From assembly GCA_023458915.1 (NCBI GenBank), contig JAEWWM010000050.1:2916-66915 (forward strand): a stretch of 64,000 nt of DNA, written 5' to 3'. Position numbers and translations under genes: made by a program. The DNA is from Bacillota bacterium (GTDB lineage Bacteria; Bacillota; Clostridia; Oscillospirales; Acutalibacteraceae). Each line of letters begins with the position of its first letter. The first letter of the stretch is position 1. A model generated the notes under the pieces. The model did no database searches. It was not told where the DNA came from and saw only the letters and a list, made by a program, of their open reading frames with translations. Positions 44,099-53,468 of this stretch are shown in pieces.

Positions 44099-44134
44099 AA
44101 AAACTACTGAGTTTTTTATACTCAGTAGTTTTTT
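44099..44134. terminator. bidirectional terminator between the peptide gene and def
   Basis: 11-bp perfect stem aaactactgag/ctcagtagttt, flanked by A- and T-runs. Confidence 0.8.
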
Positions 44135-44168
44135 CATATAATTCTTAACATCTTATTAGTTATGAATT

Positions 44169-44606
44169 TTAAGCTATGCGAGATTTAAGAAGTATTCCGT
44201 CTAAATGGTCATTTTCATGGTGAAAAGCTCTGGCTTTTAATTTTTTGCCAGAATATTGTATCGCTTCACCTTTTCTATTTTGCCCTTTAATTGTCACAAA
44301 CATAGGTCTTGTGACTTTATAAAATTGTCCTGGAAGAGATAAGCAACCTTCCTCATCCTTTTGTTCGCCGCTTGTTTCTACTATTACAGGGTTAACAAGT
44401 TCTATATCTCCGTCGCCTACATTAACAACAAAAATACGCTTTGAAACGCCAATTTGCGGTGCCGCAAGCCCAACCCCTTGGTTTGATTTCATTGTTTCGA
44501 ACATATCATCAATTAATATGCTGAGACTTTCATCAAAAATTTCAACCTCCCGGCATTTTTTGTAAAGTATAGACTCGCCTTCTTTTACTATGCTTCTAAC
44601 TGCCAT
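44169..44606 (-). CDS. def: peptide deformylase
   Basis: GVGLAAPQIG, EGCLSLPG, HENDHLDG. Confidence 0.93.
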   Translation of the reverse strand: MAVRSIVKEGESILYKKCREVEIFDESLSILIDDMFETMKSNQGVGLAAPQIGVSKRIFVVNVGDGDIELVNPVIVETSGEQKDEEGCLSLPGQFYKVTRPMFVTIKGQNRKGEAIQYSGKKLKARAFHHENDHLDGILLKSRIA

Positions 44607-44657
44607 CGCATTTCACCTCTCTTTAACTTCTAAAAGTAAATAACCTAATAATATTTT

Positions 44658-45077
44658 TTAATCGTCAAATTCTGTAAAATCGTCTTCTTCGCTTTCTTTT
44701 ACAGTGTTAGTACAGCAATTGGATAGTTTTGCACCACATTTTGTACAATAAGAAGAGCCTTCCTCGTTTTGATTACCGCAAGATTCACATAATACTTTAT
44801 TTTTCATGGAAGCAATTTGCTTTTTTAACCCCTCCATTTGAATATAATAATTATCTATCTGAGCTATCGAGGCGTTAATTTCTGCCTTATTTTCCGTGCT
44901 ATTTTTTTCGCCGTTATAAACAGTTTTTCCTAAATTTTCAAATTCCGATTTAAGATCTGCCTTGAGTTCCGCAAGTTTTATGTTCAATTTTGAAACATCC
45001 ACAACCTGGCCGGCTTTTTCGCCAAGCGCGTCAACCGCTGCTTTAACTTTAACAAAAAGATCTTCGAACACTCCCAT
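44658..45077 (-). CDS. coiled-coil protein with C-terminal zinc ribbon
   Basis: CESCGN...CTKCGAKL. Start set at ATG 45077, 7 nt after GGAGGA. Confidence 0.6.
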   Translation of the reverse strand: MGVFEDLFVKVKAAVDALGEKAGQVVDVSKLNIKLAELKADLKSEFENLGKTVYNGEKNSTENKAEINASIAQIDNYYIQMEGLKKQIASMKNKVLCESCGNQNEEGSSYCTKCGAKLSNCCTNTVKESEEDDFTEFDD

Positions 45078-45358
45078 TACATCATCCTCCAAATTCTATT
45101 TTTCATATATTATAACTAAAAAATATTAAAATTACAAATGTTTGTATAAATTCACTTTTGAACCTTATTCCCAAATCAAATGCTGTATAATTCTATTTTA
45201 TGACTAAAAAATAATTTTTGCCATAATTTTGGCTTCATTTTTCGAGCAGTTACTTTGTAATGTTTTGGTATCTTTTTCTTCCGACGTACAGGGGGAGGAA
45301 AAGATAAAATAATTATTTAAACAATATTCTTCAATATTTTTTGTCTTTTCAGCTAATT

Positions 45359-47566
45359 TTACATTCTTTTTACAGATAGTACCCCGCTGACTTTTGCGAG
45401 ATTATCCATAACGTAGTGCAGATGTTCAAGGTTTTTGGTGCTGATTGTAACGAACATGACTACTTTATTAGCCGACAGCATTTTTGAGTTTAAAGATTTA
45501 ACTTTAAGGTTCATAGCAGAAATTTTTCGCGTGATATCTATTAAAATTTCCTCGCGGTCAAGAGCAATTATTTCAATTGTTGCATCAAACACTTCTGAGA
45601 TGCTGCTTGACCACCTGGCGGGTACCCACCTTGTGGGGTCGTTTTGCATTTCACAGGAATCGGGCACGTTTTTGCAAGTGGTTTTGTGAATCGAAATACC
45701 ATATCCTTTTGTTATAAAGCCAATTATATTGTCGCCGGGCAAAGGATTACAGCATTTGGAAAGTTTTACGAAACAGTTTTTCATATCCTGAACGATTATA
45801 CCGCTCGGTTTTTTACTCATACTATCAGGTTGCTCGGATCCATGCATTACAGATTTGCTTTGTGATTGCGGTTTGATTAATTTTTTACCCATTTTAACGT
45901 AATTGCTTTTCAGCTGTGGCATAATTCGCCAAAGCTGAACTCCACCATAGCCTACTGCTGCGAAAAAATCATCCAGAATTGTAAATTGATTTTTTTTGAG
46001 TATTGGCGCTAATAATTTTTCAAGTTCATCTTCATCGTTCACAAAAATTTTGTTCTTTTTAAGTTCGATTTCAGTTTCAGCTTTACCCTCTGCAATATTT
46101 TCTTCTCGCCTTTCGCGCTTAAACCACTGCCGTATTTTGTTTCTGGCTTCGCTGGTTTTTATAATATTTAACCAGTCGCGCGACGGGCCTTTATTCGGAT
46201 CTTTGGTACTGAGAATATCAACTATTTCTCCGGTTTTAAGCACATAATTTATCGGTGCTATTTTCTGGTTCACCTTGGCGCCAATCATTCGGTTGCCAAG
46301 CTCTGTATGGATTGCGTAAGCAAAATCTATGACAGTGGAACCGGTGGGAAGGTTTATTACGCTTCCTTTTGGAGTCAAGACAAAAATCTCTTTTGGCACA
46401 AGATCGGACTTAATGTTACCTAAAACATCGGTGACATCTTCAACATCTTCATGACTTTCAAGGAGTTTTCTTATCCATGATAAAGACTCTGTAAACGAAC
46501 TGTCTTTTCCGGAAATCCCGAGTTTATATTTCCAATGAGCTGCAACTCCGTATTCAGCAGTCCTATGCATTTTCCATGTTCTTATTTGAATTTCAAACGG
46601 AATACCTTCGCGACTTAAAACCGTTGTGTGAAGCGATTGATACATATTTGGTTTCGGTATAGATATGTAGTCTTTAAATCTGCTCGGAATCGGCTGAAAC
46701 ATATCGTGTACAATGCCGAAAATATTGTAGCACTCGTTAATTGTATTTACGATTATGCGAACTGCATATATATCATAAATTTGGTCCATTGTTTTGCCTT
46801 TAATAAACATTTTTTTATAAATCTCGTTCGCGCTTTTAACACGGCCTTCAATGTATACATCCGGCACAAACTTTTGAATCCTGTCCATTATTCTTTTTTT
46901 TATTAAATTTATAAATTTACCACGGTCTTCTTTGCAGAGTGCAAGCGAATTTTCAACTTCAGCGTACGCAATCGGGTCAAGGCATTTAAGCGAAATATCT
47001 TCAAGTTCGTCTTTTATAGTTCTGATACCGAGCCTATGAGCAATTGGCGCAAAAACTTCCATGTTTTGAAGAGATTTGTCCCTGCGTTTTTGAGGGTCCA
47101 TGCATTCAATTGTGCGCATATTTTGAAGTCTGTCAGCAAGTTTTATAATTATAACTCTTATGTCATGCGACATTGCTAAGAGCATTTTGCGAATGTTTTC
47201 AGCTTGCTGCTCTTCTCTTGAAGATGACGGAATTCTTTTAAGTTTTGTTACGCCGTCTACTAGATTGGATATTTCTTCGCCAAATCTTGTTTTGATGTCC
47301 TCATGGCGAATGCTTGTGTCCTCAACTACATCGTGAAGAAGTGCAGCAGCAACTGAAGGCGCGTCCATTCCGAGTTCAACTAATATGTAAGCTACTGATA
47401 CCGGGTGCACAATATAGTCAACGCCTGAAATTCTTTTTTGACCCTGGTGAGCATTAAGCGCAGTTTTGTAGGCTTTATCTATAACTTCAAGGTTATAGTC
47501 TTTTCCGCTTTGATCTATAAGTTCTAAAAGTTCATTATATGTATGATAATTAAGCTCCATTCCCAC
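45359..47566 (-). CDS. rel: bifunctional (p)ppGpp synthetase/hydrolase, RelA/SpoT homologue
   Basis: HD domain (HPVSVA...LLHDVVEDT), synthetase domain (YRSLHT-like YQSLHTTV), then TGS and ACT regions. 735 aa. Confidence 0.95.
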   Translation of the reverse strand: MGMELNYHTYNELLELIDQSGKDYNLEVIDKAYKTALNAHQGQKRISGVDYIVHPVSVAYILVELGMDAPSVAAALLHDVVEDTSIRHEDIKTRFGEEISNLVDGVTKLKRIPSSSREEQQAENIRKMLLAMSHDIRVIIIKLADRLQNMRTIECMDPQKRRDKSLQNMEVFAPIAHRLGIRTIKDELEDISLKCLDPIAYAEVENSLALCKEDRGKFINLIKKRIMDRIQKFVPDVYIEGRVKSANEIYKKMFIKGKTMDQIYDIYAVRIIVNTINECYNIFGIVHDMFQPIPSRFKDYISIPKPNMYQSLHTTVLSREGIPFEIQIRTWKMHRTAEYGVAAHWKYKLGISGKDSSFTESLSWIRKLLESHEDVEDVTDVLGNIKSDLVPKEIFVLTPKGSVINLPTGSTVIDFAYAIHTELGNRMIGAKVNQKIAPINYVLKTGEIVDILSTKDPNKGPSRDWLNIIKTSEARNKIRQWFKRERREENIAEGKAETEIELKKNKIFVNDEDELEKLLAPILKKNQFTILDDFFAAVGYGGVQLWRIMPQLKSNYVKMGKKLIKPQSQSKSVMHGSEQPDSMSKKPSGIIVQDMKNCFVKLSKCCNPLPGDNIIGFITKGYGISIHKTTCKNVPDSCEMQNDPTRWVPARWSSSISEVFDATIEIIALDREEILIDITRKISAMNLKVKSLNSKMLSANKVVMFVTISTKNLEHLHYVMDNLAKVSGVLSVKRM

Positions 47567-47603
47567 GCTAAATTTCTCCTTTCATATTTTTGAGGGTATT
47601 TAT

Positions 47604-49307
47604 TTATAAAGTAGATTTTGAAGGTCTTAAGTCCACAATTTGAATTGAAACGCTAATCACACCATTATATTCATTTTTATGGAGTGTAAATGCAATGTCA
47701 AGAATTTCGCCTTCATTATGCGAAAAGTCGCAGATGCTTTTGCCGAAATAAAGTGCTTCCAATTCGTGATTATCATGCTTAAATGTAAGTTTTAAATGCT
47801 TTCCCTGACCTATTGGTTTTATTTTTTTCAAAGTCATGTCAAAAAAGCCAAAAACAGGCTCGGGGTTACCACTGCCAAAAGGTTCCAGCATTTTAAGCTC
47901 GTAAAGAAGTTTTTCAGAAATCTTATGCGGTTTTAATTTTAGGTCAAGAACAAGTTTTGGAGGTGGGACGTCGAGATTTTTAGAAATTTTATTAATAGAT
48001 TTTCTAAAATTTTCTATGTTATCAGTTTTTAAATTGATTCCCGCAGCCATCGGGTGTCCACCGAATTTTTGCAAATGTTCCGAACAAGAGCAAATCACAT
48101 CATGAATTGAAAAACTTTCCACACTACGGCAAGAACCTCTTGCATTTTCGCCCTCCGTTGTTATAAGAATGCTGGGTTTGCCATATTTTTGAGTAATTCT
48201 TGAAGCAACTATTCCCAGAACACCGTGATTCCAACTTTCACCTTCAGCTATTAAAATTTTCTCGAATTTTCTGTGTGGCTCATCATTTAAAATTTTTTCT
48301 ACGGACTGTAAAATTTCGCTTTCAGTGTTTTTTCGCAAAATATTTAAATTATCGAGCTCTTGGCAAAGCGCCAATGCTTCGTTTTCGTTTTCACTAAGTA
48401 GTAACTTTAACGCAAGCTCGGCGTTGCCCATCCTTCCGCTCGCGTTAATTCGGGGTACAAGGCCAAAAGCGACAGAGGGCGCACTCAAGATTTTTCCTTC
48501 AAGTCCTGCGCATCTTAAAAGTACTTTTATGCCCGGTCTTTTTGAATTTGAGATATTTTTCAGTCCATGTTTGACTATTTCGCGCGTTTCCCCCGTTAGT
48601 TCAATTGAATCTCCGATTGTGCCCAAGGTTACTAAATCAGAGTATTCCTCCAAAATAGCTTCAAAGCTTTTTATACCCATTTCAAGCGCTTCAATAACTT
48701 TAAACGCAACTCCAACTCCAGCAAAATTTTTGTGTTTTAAATCAGCGCATTCTTTTCTGTAAGGGTCAACAACTGCGTCAGCGTTCGGAATGTTACCGGA
48801 TACTCGGTGGTGGTCAGTTATGACAACATCCATACCAAGTGAGTTTGCGAAATCAACTTCCTCGAAAGCTGAGATACCGTTATCTACGGTAAATATCAGA
48901 TTAATATTTTCTCCTTTAAGCATACTGATGGCGTCTTTATTCAAGCCATAACCGTCTCTATGGCGGCTGGGGATGTAGTATGTAACATCCGCGCCTTTGC
49001 TTTTTAGGTAAGAATAAATAAGCGCGGTGGATGTTATACCATCTGAATCGTAATCGCCGTAAACGCAAATTTTTTCATGAAATTCAATTGCGTTTTTAAC
49101 GCGGCTGACTATTTTATCCATATCCACTATTTCAAACGGGTTTTCGCGATTTTTATGTCCGTTTAAAAATTTTAATACTTCTTCTTTTTCGCGAAATCCT
49201 CTTGCATATAAAATAGCAGCTGTTAGCGGCGGAACTTGCCATTCATTTACACATTGCATAATTTTATCTTTTTCGATTTCGCCAACTATCCATTCACGCA
49301 GACTCAC
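47604..49307 (-). CDS. recJ: single-stranded-DNA-specific exonuclease RecJ
   Basis: DHH motifs (GDYDSDGITS; ITDHH) and DHHA1 GGHPMAAG. Confidence 0.92.
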   Translation of the reverse strand: MSLREWIVGEIEKDKIMQCVNEWQVPPLTAAILYARGFREKEEVLKFLNGHKNRENPFEIVDMDKIVSRVKNAIEFHEKICVYGDYDSDGITSTALIYSYLKSKGADVTYYIPSRHRDGYGLNKDAISMLKGENINLIFTVDNGISAFEEVDFANSLGMDVVITDHHRVSGNIPNADAVVDPYRKECADLKHKNFAGVGVAFKVIEALEMGIKSFEAILEEYSDLVTLGTIGDSIELTGETREIVKHGLKNISNSKRPGIKVLLRCAGLEGKILSAPSVAFGLVPRINASGRMGNAELALKLLLSENENEALALCQELDNLNILRKNTESEILQSVEKILNDEPHRKFEKILIAEGESWNHGVLGIVASRITQKYGKPSILITTEGENARGSCRSVESFSIHDVICSCSEHLQKFGGHPMAAGINLKTDNIENFRKSINKISKNLDVPPPKLVLDLKLKPHKISEKLLYELKMLEPFGSGNPEPVFGFFDMTLKKIKPIGQGKHLKLTFKHDNHELEALYFGKSICDFSHNEGEILDIAFTLHKNEYNGVISVSIQIVDLRPSKSTL

Positions 49308-49384
49308 AATTTCACCACTCTTGCGCTTCTACCCCCCGCTTAAGACGGAGTAGAAGCATAACTCTATATTAATAATTTTTGTAT

Positions 49385-50551
49385 TTAAATTCTGAATACT
49401 ATACTTTCTCGTTTGAAAAGTTTTAAAGTGATTGAGAAAGCTATAGAAATGTAAACTATCAACCAACCGAATACTATCGCCAGATGCCCGAAGTTTACTA
49501 TTCCCGCGAAAAGTTCTTTTATTATACAAATCACATTAAAAATCGGAATGCATAAATCTAATGTGCCTATTCTGCTGATGTCCAAAGTATATGTGAAAAA
49601 TGTAGGTACAAGGCAAATTATCGAAACCGGCATTAAATATGTTTGCGCCTCTTTAAAAGTTCGCGCGTAAACTCCAATAAGAAGATTAATGGAAGCAAAA
49701 AACATTGCAGTGAAAAGAGTTATGTCAAGAAGCTCAAGCATTCCCCAAATGGAAATATTAATAGCATCCGTGCTGGAAGAGATGAGTAAATAACCCCATA
49801 ACCCCACAATGGTAAATAGCCCACTTATAACACTCATAACTGTTGTTGCCAGAAGTTTTCCTATTATTATGCTCGTGCGGTCTGCACAAGTTGATAAAAG
49901 AGGCTCGAGCGTGCCGTGTTCTTTTTCGCCAGCGCTTAGTTCTGCCGCAGTTCCTGCTGAACCCATACAGCAGTAAAGTATAAGCATCATAGGAACAAGC
50001 ATGCTGAAATAAAGTGAGCTGGTGTCGATATTTAACGCACCTGCGTTTTGCTGCAGCGGGATTTTAATTGCAATTGCTTGATTAAGTTCATTTACATCTT
50101 TAAAGATATAGTTGGTAACTAAGTATCTATAGTCACTTTCATATTCAACAACAATTGGTCTCGCCATCATTGAGTTTATTGACGAGTCGTTATATTTTAT
50201 ATCAAGATCAAAAGCTTCTCTTTTCACAATCTTTTCGTCAATATTATTCCCAATCGTAATGTAAGCAGAAATCTCACCGGAATCAAGCGCTTTTTGTGGG
50301 TCTTTTACGTCTATTACAGTAACTTTATCCTGAACGGAAATAAAACTGTAAAAAGAATTTTGCTTATTATTTACCGCAATGTTAACGTTATCTGCAACCT
50401 GACCTTGCATATTTTTTACTGAAAAATCAATTATAAAAAGCATCCCCGGGACTAGCAAAAGCGGAAGCAAAAGCCCGAATATGAAAGTTCTCTTATCTCT
50501 CATAATACATTTTAGCTCTTTAAAAAACACAACCATAGCTTGTTTAAACAT
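49385..50551 (-). CDS. ABC-2 type exporter permease (NatB-like)
   Basis: N-terminal TM helix, a large extracytoplasmic loop and five C-terminal TM helices. ATG 50551 overlaps the ATPase stop (ATGTTTAA). Confidence 0.7.
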   Translation of the reverse strand: MFKQAMVVFFKELKCIMRDKRTFIFGLLLPLLLVPGMLFIIDFSVKNMQGQVADNVNIAVNNKQNSFYSFISVQDKVTVIDVKDPQKALDSGEISAYITIGNNIDEKIVKREAFDLDIKYNDSSINSMMARPIVVEYESDYRYLVTNYIFKDVNELNQAIAIKIPLQQNAGALNIDTSSLYFSMLVPMMLILYCCMGSAGTAAELSAGEKEHGTLEPLLSTCADRTSIIIGKLLATTVMSVISGLFTIVGLWGYLLISSSTDAINISIWGMLELLDITLFTAMFFASINLLIGVYARTFKEAQTYLMPVSIICLVPTFFTYTLDISRIGTLDLCIPIFNVICIIKELFAGIVNFGHLAIVFGWLIVYISIAFSITLKLFKRESIVFRI

Positions 50552-51278
50552 TTTCATCACCATCACAAACCAGATTAAAAAGAATATCGTTGATTTCGCG
50601 ATCGGTGAACTTTTCACGGTATTCATGAACGTCGAATGTTTTTACTACTTTGCCTTTATGTATAACAACCATTCTGTCAGAATAATTTTTTATGTTTTCC
50701 ATGGAATGGCTTGAAAAAATTATACATTTACCTTCTTTTTTGCAAGATTCCATAAAATCAAAGATAGTTTTTGCAGCTTTGAAGTCAAGTCCCGAATCAG
50801 GCTCATCGAACAGCATAATTGATGGATTATGTACAATAGATCTTGCTATCGCAACTTTCTGTTTCATCCCTCTGGAAAAGGTGTTTACCTGCTTATCTGC
50901 GTATTCGCCAAAAGAAAATTTATCGATTAAAATGTTTATTCTTTCGTTAGCGTCTTTTTTGCTTATACCATTTAATCGTGCGAAATATTCAAGATTCTCC
51001 CTTGCTGTAAGTCGTTCGTAAAGTCCAGCTTCGCTTCCGAAAAGTATACCTATATTTTTACGCACTTCTTTGGGTTCTTTCAAAAGATTGTGCCCGTTAA
51101 TTATCGCCGTTCCTTCAGTTGGCATTAGCATGGTACTGAGTATTCTGAGGAGCGTAGATTTACCAGCACCGTTTTCTCCCAAAAGGCCTACAATTTCGCC
51201 ATCATTTACTTCGAAGCTCACATTTTTAAGAGCTTCTGTATTTTTAAATTTTTTTGATATATTCGAAATTTCTATCAC
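50544..51278 (-). CDS. ABC transporter ATP-binding protein (NatA-like)
   Basis: GENGAGKST, FSRGMKQKV, MLFDEPDSGLD. Confidence 0.85.
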   Translation of the reverse strand: MIEISNISKKFKNTEALKNVSFEVNDGEIVGLLGENGAGKSTLLRILSTMLMPTEGTAIINGHNLLKEPKEVRKNIGILFGSEAGLYERLTARENLEYFARLNGISKKDANERINILIDKFSFGEYADKQVNTFSRGMKQKVAIARSIVHNPSIMLFDEPDSGLDFKAAKTIFDFMESCKKEGKCIIFSSHSMENIKNYSDRMVVIHKGKVVKTFDVHEYREKFTDREINDILFNLVCDGDENV

Positions 51279-51491
51279 TTATGTATCTCCTCGGTTTTAT
51301 AAGCATTTTCGCATAATTTAATTTTAACAAATTATCGATTTCTGTCAATTAGTAAGGGCAATGAGAGGTGTTAAAAAGTATGGTTTTTAGTATGGAAGAG
51401 ATTTTGAGTAAGTTTCACCTTGTACCTTTGCGTAACGCCGGACAATATGTGGTATAATAAAAATAGAAAAAAAGAGGGAGGGAGAGTGCTC

Positions 51492-53450
51492 ATGAATTTT
51501 AAAATCGAATCTGACTATAAGCTTTGCGGCGACCAACCTCAGGCTGTGAAAGCATTGGTAAGCGGCATAGAAAAAAGGGACAGAGAGCAGACCCTTCTAG
51601 GCGTTACCGGTTCAGGTAAAACTTTTACTATGGCGAATATAATCGAAAAAGTTCAAAAACCGACTTTAGTGCTTGCTCATAATAAAACTTTGGCGGCACA
51701 ACTTTGCAGTGAATTTAAAACATTTTTCCCAAATAATGCTGTCGAATATTTTGTATCTTATTATGATTATTATCAGCCTGAATCATATATCGCTTCTACA
51801 GACACTTACATTGAAAAAGATTCTTCAATAAATGACGAAATAGATAAGCTCCGCCACTCAGCGACCTCCGCCCTTGCGGAGCGCGAGGATGTTATAATAG
51901 TTTCAAGTATTTCATGCATTTACAGTCTTGGAAACCCAATCGATTATAAAAATATGGTGATTTCCCTTCGCCCAGGAATTCAAAAAAACAGAGATGAGCT
52001 AATCAGCAAGCTTGTTGAAATTCAGTACGAACGAAATGACATTAATTTAACGCGAAATAAATTCCAAGTTCGCGGCGATATTGTAAATATTTTCCCGGCA
52101 GATTCATCCAGCTCGCTTATAAGAGTTGAGTTTTTTGGTGACCATATTGAAAGAATTTGTGAGGTGAATCCCCTAACGGGCGAAATAATAGCTGTTTTAA
52201 AGCATACAGCGATATACCCAGCTTCGCATTATATTGTTCCGAAAGAAAAACTTCAAAAAGCTATTTTGGAAATAAAAGAAGAAGCCCGCGAAAGAATCAA
52301 GTATTTTAGAGAAAATGATAAACTTATAGAAGCGCAGCGTATAGAGCAGAGAGTGAATTACGACACTGAAATGCTTGAAGAAATCGGATTTTGCAAAGGA
52401 ATTGAGAATTATTCGAGAGTTTTATCAGGGCGAAAATCCGGAAGTATTCCGTTTACACTTTTTGATTATTTCCCGAAAGATTTTTTAATGTTTATTGACG
52501 AATCCCATGTAACTCTTCCACAAGCAAGAGCAATGTACGCAGGCGATCGTTCACGAAAAGAAAATTTAATAGAGTACGGTTTTCGCCTTCCCTCGGCTTA
52601 CGATAACCGACCGATGAATTTTGATGAGTTTTATTCTAAAATCAACCAAGTAATTTTTGTTAGTGCCACCCCAGGGGATTTTGAGCTTCAAAAAAGCCAA
52701 AATATAGTTGAGCAAGTAATTAGGCCTACCGGACTTTTAGATCCAGAAATAAGCGTAAGGTTAGTAAAGGGTCAGATTGACGATTTAATCGGCGAAATAA
52801 ACAAAAGAGTCGCGCTTAAAGAAAGAGTGCTTATTACTACTCTTACCAAAAAAATGGCAGAAGACCTAACAGCTTATTTAAAAGAAGTTGGAATAAAAGT
52901 AGCTTACATGCACAGTGACATCGACACAATGGAGCGTATGGAAATAGTTAGAGATCTTCGTATGGGAGTTTTTGACGTTTTAGTCGGAATAAACCTTTTA
53001 AGAGAAGGCCTTGATATACCGGAAGTTTCGCTAGTTGCAATATTAGATGCCGACAAAGAGGGCTTTTTAAGATCCGAGCGCTCACTTATTCAAACAATCG
53101 GACGCGCTGCAAGAAATGCTCATGGACAAGTTATTATGTACGCAGACGAGGTCACGCGTTCAATGGAGATTGCCATAAAAGAAACCGAGCGAAGAAGAAA
53201 AATTCAGGCAGATTACAATAAAAAACATGGGATTGTGCCAACTACAATTGTTAAAAAAGTTTCGGATATACTTGAAATTTCGAGTAAAGATATTTCAGAT
53301 GGTAAAAAATCTTACAAAAAACTCAGCAGACCAGAAAAAGAAAGAATTATTAAAAGCTTAACAAAAGAAATGAAACTAGCTGCACAGATGTTAGAATTTG
53401 AACATGCAGCATTTTTAAGAGACGAGATCCAAAAGTTACAGAATTTGTAA
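51492..53450 (+). CDS. uvrB: excinuclease ABC subunit B
   Basis: [23 protein letters not shown], the helicase C motifs and a C-terminal UVR domain. ATG 51492 behind GGGAGGGAG. Extended -10 tgtggTATAAT at 51448-51458. Confidence 0.97.
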   Translation: MNFKIESDYKLCGDQPQAVKALVSGIEKRDREQTLLGVTGSGKTFTMANIIEKVQKPTLVLAHNKTLAAQLCSEFKTFFPNNAVEYFVSYYDYYQPESYIASTDTYIEKDSSINDEIDKLRHSATSALAEREDVIIVSSISCIYSLGNPIDYKNMVISLRPGIQKNRDELISKLVEIQYERNDINLTRNKFQVRGDIVNIFPADSSSSLIRVEFFGDHIERICEVNPLTGEIIAVLKHTAIYPASHYIVPKEKLQKAILEIKEEARERIKYFRENDKLIEAQRIEQRVNYDTEMLEEIGFCKGIENYSRVLSGRKSGSIPFTLFDYFPKDFLMFIDESHVTLPQARAMYAGDRSRKENLIEYGFRLPSAYDNRPMNFDEFYSKINQVIFVSATPGDFELQKSQNIVEQVIRPTGLLDPEISVRLVKGQIDDLIGEINKRVALKERVLITTLTKKMAEDLTAYLKEVGIKVAYMHSDIDTMERMEIVRDLRMGVFDVLVGINLLREGLDIPEVSLVAILDADKEGFLRSERSLIQTIGRAARNAHGQVIMYADEVTRSMEIAIKETERRRKIQADYNKKHGIVPTTIVKKVSDILEISSKDISDGKKSYKKLSRPEKERIIKSLTKEMKLAAQMLEFEHAAFLRDEIQKLQNL

Positions 53451-53468
53451 AAAGAGGTGATGAATATA

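Noticed and set aside
43648-44137. ORFs 43648..43842 (-), 43901..44137 (-) and the long version of 43774..44079 starting at TTG.
   Set aside because: The minus-strand ORFs are antisense to the hydrolase tail and the peptide gene. The TTG at 43774 is the -35 box (TTGACA) of the promoter, and the real start is ATG 43846 behind AAGGAGG.
51300-51491. Expected LexA/SOS box (GAAC-N4-GTTC type) upstream of uvrB.
   Set aside because: I found no such motif by eye, only an extended -10 (tgtggTATAAT). Absence cannot be proven without a matrix scan, so no regulatory feature is claimed.
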